A DNA stretch of 64,000 nt from Candidatus Omnitrophota bacterium. Lineage in GTDB: Bacteria; Omnitrophota; Gorgyraeia; Pluralincolimonadales; Pluralincolimonadaceae. The translations under genes and the position numbers were made by a program. The stretch is from assembly GCA_041651455.1 (NCBI GenBank), contig JBAZJG010000007.1, forward strand, positions 2,478 to 66,477. Reading direction: 5' to 3'. Numbering within the stretch: position 1 is the first letter of the stretch; every line of letters begins with the position of its first letter. A model generated the notes under the pieces. The model was not told the DNA's origin. It did no database searches and saw only the letters and a program-made list of their open reading frames with translations. Of the stretch, positions 35,091 to 43,426 are shown piece by piece.

Positions 35091-36563
35091 ATGAAAAGCA
35101 TAAAATTCGACTTCAATAACATGTTCGCGTTCAGCGTAGGCAAGGAACACGGCGTGGACGAACAGGAACTCGACGCGCTCTCCTATTCGATAAAAGAGGC
35201 CCACACCCACCTGTACGGGGTGCTCTCCGACAGCGCCTGCAGGGTCGGCCTTGGTCTTGAATGGACGCGGCTGCCGTTCCAGGACGCGAAAACGATAAGG
35301 CAGGTCCAGAAATTCGGTGACGAGATAGCTTCGAAGTACGAAAACGTGATATCTCTCGGCATAGGAGGCTCTTACCTCGGGCTAAAGGCCGCGCAGGACG
35401 CGCTCTGCCCTCCCTATTACAACGATTTTTCCGGCGCAAGGAAAAAAAGGCCGCGTATCTATTTTGAAGGCAACAACCTCGATCCCGATACGCTCTCAGT
35501 CCTGCTTAAGAACCTTAACCCGAAAAAAACTTTCGTGATAGTCATATCCAAATCCGGCGAGACGACCGAGACGAAGACCGCGTTCATAGCGGTCAAGGAA
35601 TGGCTGAAAAAAAGCGCCGGAGGCAGATACGGCAGGCAGATATTCGCAATAACCGACCCCGTCTCCGGGAGCCTCCGCAAGGAGGTCGACGCCGCGCAGG
35701 AAAAGGACCGCCTCAGTTTCAGGAACTCGTCGCTGATGAAGGGCGTCGGCGGCAGGTTCTCTGAGTTCAATATGGGCTTGCTCCACCTCGCCATCATAGG
35801 CGTAAAGGTCTCCGATGTCCTAAAGGGGGCGGCCGATATGCATAAGTCCTGCGTGAAGCAGGATCTTGCGGCAAATCCCGCCTATATGTACGCGGCGCTG
35901 CATACGATACTCTACAGGATGAAGGGCAAAGACATAGCTATAGTCATGCCGTTCTGCGAGACGCTTAAATCAACCGCCGACTGGTATATACAGATGCTTG
36001 CCGAAAGCCTCGGCAAGAAGTACGCGAGGAAGGTCGTCAAAGCTCCCGGCGGCAGCGAACAGTGGGTAAATGACACGAACCGCCAGGTGAATACCGGCCG
36101 TACCCCCATATCCGCGCGCGGTACGAACGACCTTCACTCGATACAGCAGAATAATATCGAGGGCATGAACAACAAGGCCGTCACTTTCATCCGCGTCGGG
36201 AAGTTCGGTTCAGAGATCAAGGTCCCCGCCGGCAACGGCATACTCTCCGGCAGGAAATTCTCGGAACTTATAGGTTTGGCGCAGGAAGCCACGGAATGGG
36301 CGCTGGTCAGGGAGTCGAGGCCTAACTGCACGATAGTAATGCCTGAGGTATCCGCCTATTACTGGGGGGCGCTGCTCTACTTCTTCGAGATGGCAACCGC
36401 CTTCGAGGGCGAGCTGCTCGGGATCAACGCGTTCGACCAGCCGGGAGTCGAGGGATATAAGAATTACATGTACTACAAACTCGGAAAGCCGGGCCTTGAT
36501 GAGGCCGTCGCGGAAGAGATAAAGAAGAACCCGCTCGTAAAGGACCCGAGATTCATCATTTAA
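35091..36563 (+). CDS. pgi: Glucose-6-phosphate isomerase
   Basis: The PGI signatures SLGIGGSYLG, SKSGETTET and GG(R)FS are present. The product is 490 aa. Confidence 0.9.
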   Translation: MKSIKFDFNNMFAFSVGKEHGVDEQELDALSYSIKEAHTHLYGVLSDSACRVGLGLEWTRLPFQDAKTIRQVQKFGDEIASKYENVISLGIGGSYLGLKAAQDALCPPYYNDFSGARKKRPRIYFEGNNLDPDTLSVLLKNLNPKKTFVIVISKSGETTETKTAFIAVKEWLKKSAGGRYGRQIFAITDPVSGSLRKEVDAAQEKDRLSFRNSSLMKGVGGRFSEFNMGLLHLAIIGVKVSDVLKGAADMHKSCVKQDLAANPAYMYAALHTILYRMKGKDIAIVMPFCETLKSTADWYIQMLAESLGKKYARKVVKAPGGSEQWVNDTNRQVNTGRTPISARGTNDLHSIQQNNIEGMNNKAVTFIRVGKFGSEIKVPAGNGILSGRKFSELIGLAQEATEWALVRESRPNCTIVMPEVSAYYWGALLYFFEMATAFEGELLGINAFDQPGVEGYKNYMYYKLGKPGLDEAVAEEIKKNPLVKDPRFII

Positions 36564-38158
36564 TCCACGGGTAAAAGCGCGGAAAGCCCTTCTTTCAGCT
36601 CGGGGCCGGCGTCCATGAACGAGACACCCACAAGATAAAGGTTGTCCCCGGAACGCTCCTTATGCACCACCTTGCATCTCACGTCGGAAGGCGACTTCCC
36701 GGGCGGCAGATGCATCCTGCATACCAGTTCGGACTCCCCGATATCGCCTTCGACCGCCGCAAGCATGCCTTCCTGTGATATATTCAGGACTTCGAGCACG
36801 ATAAACCTCTCCTTCTCCGACGGGTTGACAAGTTCCACCTTCATGCTCGAAAGGGGCTTCATCCGGATGCATCTTCTCCTTTCGACGACGATCCTGTCGC
36901 GGCCCGCGGCCTTTGCCTGGTACAACGCCTTGTCGGCGACGTTTATCAGCTCTTCATAACCTTTGCCGTTTAGGGGAAACGACGCTATGCCAGCGCTGAA
37001 ATGAATGACGGGCTTTGCTTCATCTTCGCGCACCGTGAGCGGAACCTTCATCCCCAGCATCTTGTTCTTTACCCTGTGCAGCACGCGAAGCGCCTGGCCG
37101 TGGTTCGCCTCCGGCAGGACTACGAGGAACTCCTCCCCTCCGTACCTTCCCACGATATCGACGCTCCTGACGTTCGCCTTTACCACTGCGGCGAACTCCT
37201 TCAATACCCTGTTGCCCGCGATATGGCCGTATTTGTCGTTTATATCTTTGAAATGGTCTATGTCTATCATTATGACCGCCATCTCCTTGCTGTACCGGCG
37301 GCAACGCGTTATTTCGTTCTCGAGTATCTCCATTATCCACCTGAAATTCACGCATTCGGTCAGCTCATCGTAACGCGCGAGCTCCTTGAGCTTCTCCCTC
37401 AGCTTCCTGTCCATCTCAGACAGGTATGACATAGCTATGCCGCCGGCAAAGAAGAATGCCATGCGCATGTACATGCTCTTCACGACGACCTCCCTCAACG
37501 GCCATAACGTGAAGACGTTTACCTCGATGAAGAATATTAACGACGCCGCCGCCGCGGAGATGATCCCGCCCCTGAGGCCGAACCAGAAGCCGGAAAGGCA
37601 TATGAGCGTCAGGTAGAGGTATCCCAGCGAGAAGCCGAAGGCGCGGGAAAGGAGCCTGACTATTATAAGGAATAAGAACCCACCGGCGAGGAATGATACG
37701 CGGAACCTGTCCGAAGCGGTCGCGTCGAGGAACTTGTCTTTCGTGGATACGTGCCCGTCGGCCGCCGAGAACACTTTCTTCTTTTTTGCGTCGAGGTATT
37801 TTTTTAGGTTGCCGTTCCTGAATTTCCTTTCGGCATCCGCGAGCACGGCCGTTATGAGGCCGCCTGCAAAAAAGAACGCTATCCTCATCGGGGCGCTCTG
37901 CGCGACTATATCCCTCAGCGGCCAATCCTTGAAGAGTGTTATTTCGCAGAGGAATATTGCGGACGCCGCCGCCGCGGAGATGATACCGCCCCTGATGCCG
38001 AACCAGAAGCCGGAAAGGCATATGAGCGTGAGGTAGAGATAGCCCAGCGAGAAACCGAAGGCGCGGGAAAGGAGCCTGACGGCGACTAACAGTATATAAC
38101 CCGCCCCGAGGAACCGTAAACGGTGCCTTGGAGAGGAGACAAATTCGACAAAATTCAT
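36560..38158 (-). CDS. Membrane-bound diguanylate cyclase (GGDEF) with a duplicated N-terminal TM module and a C-terminal PilZ domain
   Basis: The GGDEF signatures RYGGEEF and DHFKDINDKYGH are present. The C-terminal PilZ motifs are RRRCIR and NISQEG. The N-terminus has two copies, about 100 aa each, of the same three-helix module. Confidence 0.8.
   Translation of the reverse strand: MNFVEFVSSPRHRLRFLGAGYILLVAVRLLSRAFGFSLGYLYLTLICLSGFWFGIRGGIISAAAASAIFLCEITLFKDWPLRDIVAQSAPMRIAFFFAGGLITAVLADAERKFRNGNLKKYLDAKKKKVFSAADGHVSTKDKFLDATASDRFRVSFLAGGFLFLIIVRLLSRAFGFSLGYLYLTLICLSGFWFGLRGGIISAAAASLIFFIEVNVFTLWPLREVVVKSMYMRMAFFFAGGIAMSYLSEMDRKLREKLKELARYDELTECVNFRWIMEILENEITRCRRYSKEMAVIMIDIDHFKDINDKYGHIAGNRVLKEFAAVVKANVRSVDIVGRYGGEEFLVVLPEANHGQALRVLHRVKNKMLGMKVPLTVREDEAKPVIHFSAGIASFPLNGKGYEELINVADKALYQAKAAGRDRIVVERRRCIRMKPLSSMKVELVNPSEKERFIVLEVLNISQEGMLAAVEGDIGESELVCRMHLPPGKSPSDVRCKVVHKERSGDNLYLVGVSFMDAGPELKEGLSALLPVD
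37393..38131 (-). repeat. Intragenic tandem duplication (period about 420 bp) within the GGDEF-PilZ gene
   Basis: The segments 37540-37660 and 37961-38080 are about 95% identical at the DNA level. The encoded protein segments share the 28-aa identical core VRLLSRAFGFSLGYLYLTLICLSGFWFG. Confidence 0.8.
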
Positions 38159-39132
38159 TCTATGGGGATTATGATCTTCGTCCCGGACTTAAGCTTGTTC
38201 GGGTCCTTGATCCTTTCCTTGTTTATCTCGTAAAGGTATTTCCACCTGTTCGCCTTGCCAAGCTCGGCCCTGGCAATCGAAGAGAGTGTATCCCCCTTCT
38301 TTACGATATATTCCTTCGTCGAGACCTTCACTTTGCTCTCGACCTGCTTCTCCTCTTCTATCACATACTTGTTCTCGTCGACCTTCGTCGCATCTGAGAT
38401 CTCTGCTGGCGCCTCTCCAGTGTAAGGTATCATGACCTCTTCCACTTCCGCGATCATGAACTGGGCGTTGCGGTCCTTCTGCATTCCCACGAGGTCCGTC
38501 ACATGGGCGACCGCGTCGAGCTTTCCGCGGCTGACTATCTTTATGCATGATTCATCGATGCCGCTTTCTATCATGAACTGCCTGACGGTCTCCGCGCGGC
38601 GGCGGCCCAGCTTCTCGTTGTATTTCTCGCTCCCGCGGATGTCGCAGTTGCCGGTTATCAGTATGCTCGAACCCTCGTTATGCTTCAATGTCCAGACGGC
38701 CTGTTCGAGTATCTTCTTAGCGTCATCCCTGAGGGAGGCCTTATCATAATCGAAGTATATCTTTACGTTCTTTATGATCTTCTTTATCAGGAGGGACGGC
38801 CTTAATTCCTGGGGTTTCGGCGGAGGAAGCTCCTCGGACATGTAATCGAATATGAGCTTATAGACGTATATATAGCCCCTGTTGCCCCACGGCGTAGAAG
38901 TGCCGGGCTCCTTGGGCATCCACCAGTATCCGCCCATATCGGCATCCTTTACGGGCGAGGGCTGCGCGTCGGTAGGCCACCACTTGAACTGCTTCTGCAT
39001 CTCCTGAAGCTGTTGGTCCCTCTTGGCGATCCTGTCCTGCTTGCTTATGAACCAATCGGACGCAAAGAGCGTACTTGCGCAAAAAATGAGCGACACGGAA
39101 ATCGCGATGCGGATAACGGCAGTATTTTTCAT
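38155..39132 (-). CDS. OmpA-family protein with a C-terminal LysM domain
   Basis: A signal peptide MKNTAVIRIAISVSLIFCASTLFA is present. The OmpA_C region reads ITGNCDIRGSEKYNEKLGRRRAETVRQFM. The LysM region is YIVKKGDTLSSIARAELG...YEINK. The upstream in-frame extension (MGFSGF...) is unlikely to be real. Confidence 0.7.
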   Translation of the reverse strand: MKNTAVIRIAISVSLIFCASTLFASDWFISKQDRIAKRDQQLQEMQKQFKWWPTDAQPSPVKDADMGGYWWMPKEPGTSTPWGNRGYIYVYKLIFDYMSEELPPPKPQELRPSLLIKKIIKNVKIYFDYDKASLRDDAKKILEQAVWTLKHNEGSSILITGNCDIRGSEKYNEKLGRRRAETVRQFMIESGIDESCIKIVSRGKLDAVAHVTDLVGMQKDRNAQFMIAEVEEVMIPYTGEAPAEISDATKVDENKYVIEEEKQVESKVKVSTKEYIVKKGDTLSSIARAELGKANRWKYLYEINKERIKDPNKLKSGTKIIIPIE

Positions 39133-39210
39133 CGGGTATGCCTCCTGACCGGGATTAGCTTTACAACCACAAATTATACCCGTAAAACCGGAAAATCCCA
39201 AGCAATATTT

Positions 39211-39966
39211 TTAGTGCGAATGCCCCCCCATTACAACTTTTGCAATAAACATAAGCCCGATACCCAGGACAAAAGCCGCCAAAGAGATAAATGCCCTGCG
39301 TTCGCTCTTTTGCTTATGGAGTTCCGGCACCAGGTCGGATGCGGAGATATATATGAACCCGCCGGCCGCTATCGGAAGCAGCACATTCGAGAAACCCCCC
39401 ACCTTATCCGCGAAAAAGAAACCTATTACCGTGCCCACGATGCATACCGATGCCGAAATAAAATTGAACAGGAGCGCCTTGACCTTGCTGAAACCCCCGT
39501 ATATGAGCACGCCGAAATCACCTATCTCCTGCGGTATCTCATGCAATACTATCGCGAAGGCCGTGACGAAGCCGAACTGGACGCTTACCAGGAAGCTCGC
39601 GCCTATAATGAGCCCATCGATGAAATTATGTATGCCGTCTCCGACAAGGTTAAGGTACGAGAAAGCGTGCACGTCGCACACGCCGTTATGGCAATGGCGC
39701 CATTTGAAGTACCTCTCCAATATAAAGAACATGATGAAGCCCGCTATGACGTACATGAATACCGTATGCACGTCGTCGCCTTTTTCCAGCGATTCCGGTA
39801 TGATATGCAGGAACGCGCCGCCGAGAAGGCCTCCGGCGGAAAAACCTATCAGCAGTACGAGCATCCTGTCGAGCATATTTTCCTTAAGGAGCAGCGTGAA
39901 TATGCCTATAAGGGATATCACGCTCACGACCACGCTTGCCCCTATCGCCCACCAAAAAGCATCCAT
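39211..39966 (-). CDS. zupT: ZIP-family zinc/iron permease (ZupT-like)
   Basis: The 251-aa product has eight TM helices, the conserved HEIPQEIGDF motif and the HxxxxGxLxGGAFLH motif. Confidence 0.85.
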   Translation of the reverse strand: MDAFWWAIGASVVVSVISLIGIFTLLLKENMLDRMLVLLIGFSAGGLLGGAFLHIIPESLEKGDDVHTVFMYVIAGFIMFFILERYFKWRHCHNGVCDVHAFSYLNLVGDGIHNFIDGLIIGASFLVSVQFGFVTAFAIVLHEIPQEIGDFGVLIYGGFSKVKALLFNFISASVCIVGTVIGFFFADKVGGFSNVLLPIAAGGFIYISASDLVPELHKQKSERRAFISLAAFVLGIGLMFIAKVVMGGHSH

Positions 39967-39981
39967 CCTGTCTTCCCCCTT

Positions 39982-41328
39982 TCAGAAGTCTACCTGTGTC
40001 CTCAAGCCGTATATGAATATGTCATCGGTATCATCGGCGATATCCCCGCCGAACGGGTCCCATATATACTGGAAATCGGGGCTTATCGACAGATGGTCGT
40101 TAATGTGTATCCTGTAATAGGCCTCGAAATGCCCCTCGTTCTTTGCGTTCCATTCACCGGACTTCTTATAATCGTCGGACGGGATCGCCTGGCCTACCGC
40201 CAGCCCGAGGACATCATTCTCGCGGCGCCAGGGCTTGCCTTCCACCTGGAGGCCCGCGCTCCACGAATGTTCCAGAGAATAGTTCAGATCCCCGGCGGCT
40301 GTAATATCTGGATTATAGGTTTTCGGGTCCTGCCAGCCGTAACGCGTGAATAGCGTGACTATATCGTTTACCTTCTGGTCAAAGCTGAGGCCGAACCCGA
40401 ACGAGCTTTCCTTGTCTTTAGCAGGGTCGAGCCACTCGATATGGCGTGTCCTGTTCGACCAGCCAAGGAACCTGTAGTTGCCCGGCAGCCCGGAGATATC
40501 CGTCTTGAACGTTACTTGCCCGATGTTGAAAAGGTTGTTGCCTATATTGTCCCAATCGCTGTCCCCGTCAAACACGCCGTAATTGAACTCCAGCCAATCT
40601 ACGGGCATCGCGGCCGCCCTTAAGCCTAGCGTATAATCCGGGAACTCTATCGCCGGGCTGCTGCGGAAGATATACGCGAGGAATTGCGTCGTCTCGTCGT
40701 TCGCGGCTTCGTTCGTATCGAAATAGACCGTCGAGTCAAGCTTGCCGAAGGTGACCAGCGCCTTGTCGTTAAAAAGCCCCTGCTCATACCATATTTCGGA
40801 AACCGTGACATTATTGTCATCGAGCGCGTCCGAATTGGCGCTGCTGTAAAGCGAAAGCTCGTCATTAAGGCCATCTCCCTGCCCGGCCTCAAGGTGTATG
40901 AAGGCCTCGCCGTTGAGCCCTTCGAACTCCTTCGATATGGTTATATCCTCCGAGAAAGACGCGTCGGCCCTGCCCTTCTTCTTTTCTTCCGTAGCGTTCG
41001 TATTATCCGTGCCCTGGACTATCATCGTGGCTCCGGCGCCTATCCTAAGGCCGCCCGCCGAAAAGGCCGGCGCGCCTTCCTGGCGATGGAGCTTCTCGTC
41101 CATATCCTTGAACTTCGCATCATACTCGGTTATCTTCTTCTGCTGGTCAGTGATGCAGGTATCCTGCTCCTTCATGCATTCTTCCTGTGCGGCCAGTTTC
41201 TTCTCGAGAGAATCAACCTTCTCTTCAAGCGCTTTTATCCTCTCCATGATCGCGGCTTCATCAGCATGAATTTGCCCGGCAGCGCACATCAAGGCGGCGC
41301 AAAAGAACATTATGGCAGGCAAGCGCAT
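39982..41328 (-). CDS. Outer-membrane porin with an N-terminal coiled coil (OprB-like architecture)
   Basis: A signal peptide MRLPAIMFFCAALMCAAGQIHA is followed by a coiled coil (IMERIKALEEKVDSLEKKLAAQEE) and then a beta-strand-rich region ending FIYGLRTQVDF, a terminal aromatic. The start is set at the Met preceding the signal peptide, since the ORF-track start overlaps the fur gene. Confidence 0.45.
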   Translation of the reverse strand: MRLPAIMFFCAALMCAAGQIHADEAAIMERIKALEEKVDSLEKKLAAQEECMKEQDTCITDQQKKITEYDAKFKDMDEKLHRQEGAPAFSAGGLRIGAGATMIVQGTDNTNATEEKKKGRADASFSEDITISKEFEGLNGEAFIHLEAGQGDGLNDELSLYSSANSDALDDNNVTVSEIWYEQGLFNDKALVTFGKLDSTVYFDTNEAANDETTQFLAYIFRSSPAIEFPDYTLGLRAAAMPVDWLEFNYGVFDGDSDWDNIGNNLFNIGQVTFKTDISGLPGNYRFLGWSNRTRHIEWLDPAKDKESSFGFGLSFDQKVNDIVTLFTRYGWQDPKTYNPDITAAGDLNYSLEHSWSAGLQVEGKPWRRENDVLGLAVGQAIPSDDYKKSGEWNAKNEGHFEAYYRIHINDHLSISPDFQYIWDPFGGDIADDTDDIFIYGLRTQVDF

Positions 41329-41342
41329 TCCAGTATCCCTCC

Positions 41343-41762
41343 TTATATGCATTTTTCGCATAATCCCTCTATCTGCATCGAGTGCGACTCCGCAACGCAC
41401 TTAAGCTTGTCCCTTATGAAACGCGATACATCCTTGAAATTGCAGTATTCCACTTCTTTGACTTTCTTGCATTTTCTGCAAATGAAATGGTGGTGATGGC
41501 GGTTTTCGGGCATACTGCAGATGGAATAATGCAGTTTTCTGTCATCGGTTTGTACCTTCACGAGTACCCCTATCTTCTCCAGCTCATCGAGGATACGGTA
41601 TACCGTGGGAAGTCCGAGCTTGGGTAACTTTTTCTTCAGGAGGATGCGGACACGGCAAGGGCTCAGGCTCGCGCCTTCCCGGAGGAAGAGGCCGATCACC
41701 GCCCTCCTCTTCGGGGTATTCTTGAGGTTGTTCTCTTTAAGTTTCTCTAGCAGCGTGTCCAT
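41343..41762 (-). CDS. Fur-family metalloregulator (likely Zur)
   Basis: A winged helix (NTPKRRAVIGLF) and a Cys/His-rich metal site (HHHHFICRKCKK...CEKC) are present. The gene is followed on the same strand by the porin, ZIP transporter and OmpA genes. The true start is probably MDTLLEKL. Confidence 0.8.
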   Translation of the reverse strand: MDTLLEKLKENNLKNTPKRRAVIGLFLREGASLSPCRVRILLKKKLPKLGLPTVYRILDELEKIGVLVKVQTDDRKLHYSICSMPENRHHHHFICRKCKKVKEVEYCNFKDVSRFIRDKLKCVAESHSMQIEGLCEKCI

Positions 41763-41793
41763 ATTATAAATAGAAATCATTTCTATTTATAAT
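41763..41793 (-). promoter_or_regulatory. Perfect 15-1-15 palindrome ATTATAAATAGAAAT-C-ATTTCTATTTATAAT (Fur/Zur-box-like operator) abutting the fur-family gene start
   Basis: The palindrome was read directly from the sequence and is perfectly symmetric over 31 bp. It is AT-rich like Fur/Zur boxes. Confidence 0.5.
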
Positions 41794-41823
41794 ACAATGG
41801 CTCATGCTTGTCAACCGCTATTA

Positions 41824-42702
41824 TTATTTAAGGACAACGAGGTGGTCCTGCTCCTGGACGAGCGGCTTTTTCGGGATCCAGAATTTCCTTAAGACGAACT
41901 CGGTGATCTCTTCCTTTTGCGCGCGCGTATACCTGTGGACGTTCGGATATAGCATAATCATCCAGATGACCGCCATGAACTCCTCGAAATCGTCGACGAA
42001 AAAGGAGACGCGGCTCCTCTTTATCGAGATCTCCGATCCGGCGAATACCGGGTCTTTCTCGAGCTCCCTCTTGAAATGCCAGAGGTCCTGGTCGTTATGG
42101 CAGCCGAAATACTTCCCCGCAAAGTGCCCGTAAAGCCAGCTCGTAGTGTATTCGTCGTCGCTCTTCGACGCCATCATGACCGCATGCATGGCGCCTTTAG
42201 GCGCAAGTATCTTACGGTAAAGGTTGTCGAACAGGCCGTCCCAGCCCGGCTCCTGGCAATAATACAGGCTGTGGTGCAGCGTTATCAGCTCGACCTTGCG
42301 GCCTCCGAGCACTTTGTCCAGGAACAGCGCGGTGTTCTTCCCGCAACGGAATATCCTCGTGTAATCCCCGCATACCGTCCTGACGTGGTCGAGCGATTGC
42401 CTCCTGATACGCTCATCGACTATCTCGAGCGCCGGCTTCTCGATATCGAGAAGGTAAAGCCCGCCGCGGAAGACGGCTTCGAGTATCCGGAATTGCGGCT
42501 CATCGCTCGATCCGACGGAAAGCGCCCTGATAGGCCTGTTGAGGGGCAGCTTCTTATGCAGGACCCGTATGACGGCGGCAAGCTTCTCGCCGATGTCCAC
42601 CTTATCGCGGCTGTACTTCGACCAGATCTTATCCTGCCTGTACATCCTCGAATCTGCGACTTTTATGCCGCGGCTTATCAGGTCCTTGTCAGTCCTGCCC
42701 AT
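41824..42702 (-). CDS. Hypothetical protein, possibly a class-I SAM-dependent methyltransferase-like fold
   Basis: The 292-aa product has weak motif-I-like LSVGSSDEP and motif-II-like YLLDIE. The assignment is low confidence. Confidence 0.3.
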   Translation of the reverse strand: MGRTDKDLISRGIKVADSRMYRQDKIWSKYSRDKVDIGEKLAAVIRVLHKKLPLNRPIRALSVGSSDEPQFRILEAVFRGGLYLLDIEKPALEIVDERIRRQSLDHVRTVCGDYTRIFRCGKNTALFLDKVLGGRKVELITLHHSLYYCQEPGWDGLFDNLYRKILAPKGAMHAVMMASKSDDEYTTSWLYGHFAGKYFGCHNDQDLWHFKRELEKDPVFAGSEISIKRSRVSFFVDDFEEFMAVIWMIMLYPNVHRYTRAQKEEITEFVLRKFWIPKKPLVQEQDHLVVLK

Positions 42703-43426
42703 GTCCAGGCCTTGGTTCCCCCGCGAGTTCGTCCCTGACGGCGGCTAATTTCACGAAAAACTTGAACAGAAGAAAAGGGGCGTATAACAACAGATGCAGC
42801 GATATATTGCGGGCTTTGCCGGTATCGGACTGGTCCAGGCAGGCCGAGAGCGCTTCATAGACACCGCTCGCTACGATGACAGCGAGGGAAGATATGACGA
42901 ACCAGTTGAACGGTAACTCGAACTCCCCTTTATATGCCCAGATGGCCAGCAAGACCGGGGACAGGGAATAGAACGCGACGGCTCGGAACTCTTTCCAGGT
43001 AAGCAGCATGAACCAGCAGGCCTTGATGCCCGCTCCTATACCCTTCGAGACCAATAGCGCGGGAACCTTCTTCACGGCCCATGCGAAACGCTCCATATAA
43101 AGCCTCTTCATCCTGAACCAGCATTCGCCCGGGTTACCGCCTTCGATCTCGTCAAGCATTATGCCCATCTCATCCGACGCGTGGCTGTTCCCGAGCCGGA
43201 GCATTTCAAGCGTATCTTTTCCGAAAACGGGCCCTTCGTATCCTGAGACGGACCTGACCCAGTCGGGCCTGAAAAATTCCAGTATCGCGTCCAGCAGCAG
43301 GAAAGATACGGCGGCATAGAAAAACACGAACAGCAGGTCATTGAAGACCAACGACAGGGCGTACAGAACAGCAAAGGGCAGGATATTAAGCACTAGGAGC
43401 GCCTGCGCCAGCTTTAGGGCCTCCAT
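42689..43426 (-). CDS. Hypothetical polytopic membrane protein
   Basis: The 245-aa product has several hydrophobic helices. It overlaps its neighbours, which indicates operon membership. Confidence 0.4.
   Translation of the reverse strand: MEALKLAQALLVLNILPFAVLYALSLVFNDLLFVFFYAAVSFLLLDAILEFFRPDWVRSVSGYEGPVFGKDTLEMLRLGNSHASDEMGIMLDEIEGGNPGECWFRMKRLYMERFAWAVKKVPALLVSKGIGAGIKACWFMLLTWKEFRAVAFYSLSPVLLAIWAYKGEFELPFNWFVISSLAVIVASGVYEALSACLDQSDTGKARNISLHLLLYAPFLLFKFFVKLAAVRDELAGEPRPGHGQD

Noticed and set aside
37416-38021. A 201-aa Arg-rich ORF with an internal repeat, in the same orientation as the GGDEF gene
   Set aside because: It is an alternative frame within the GGDEF-PilZ gene. Its internal repeat merely reflects the 420-bp DNA duplication.
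39013-40353. A 446-aa plus-strand ORF spanning the OmpA, ZIP and porin region
   Set aside because: It is antisense to three well-supported genes and crosses their intergenic boundaries. Its composition is His/Arg/Tyr-rich nonsense.
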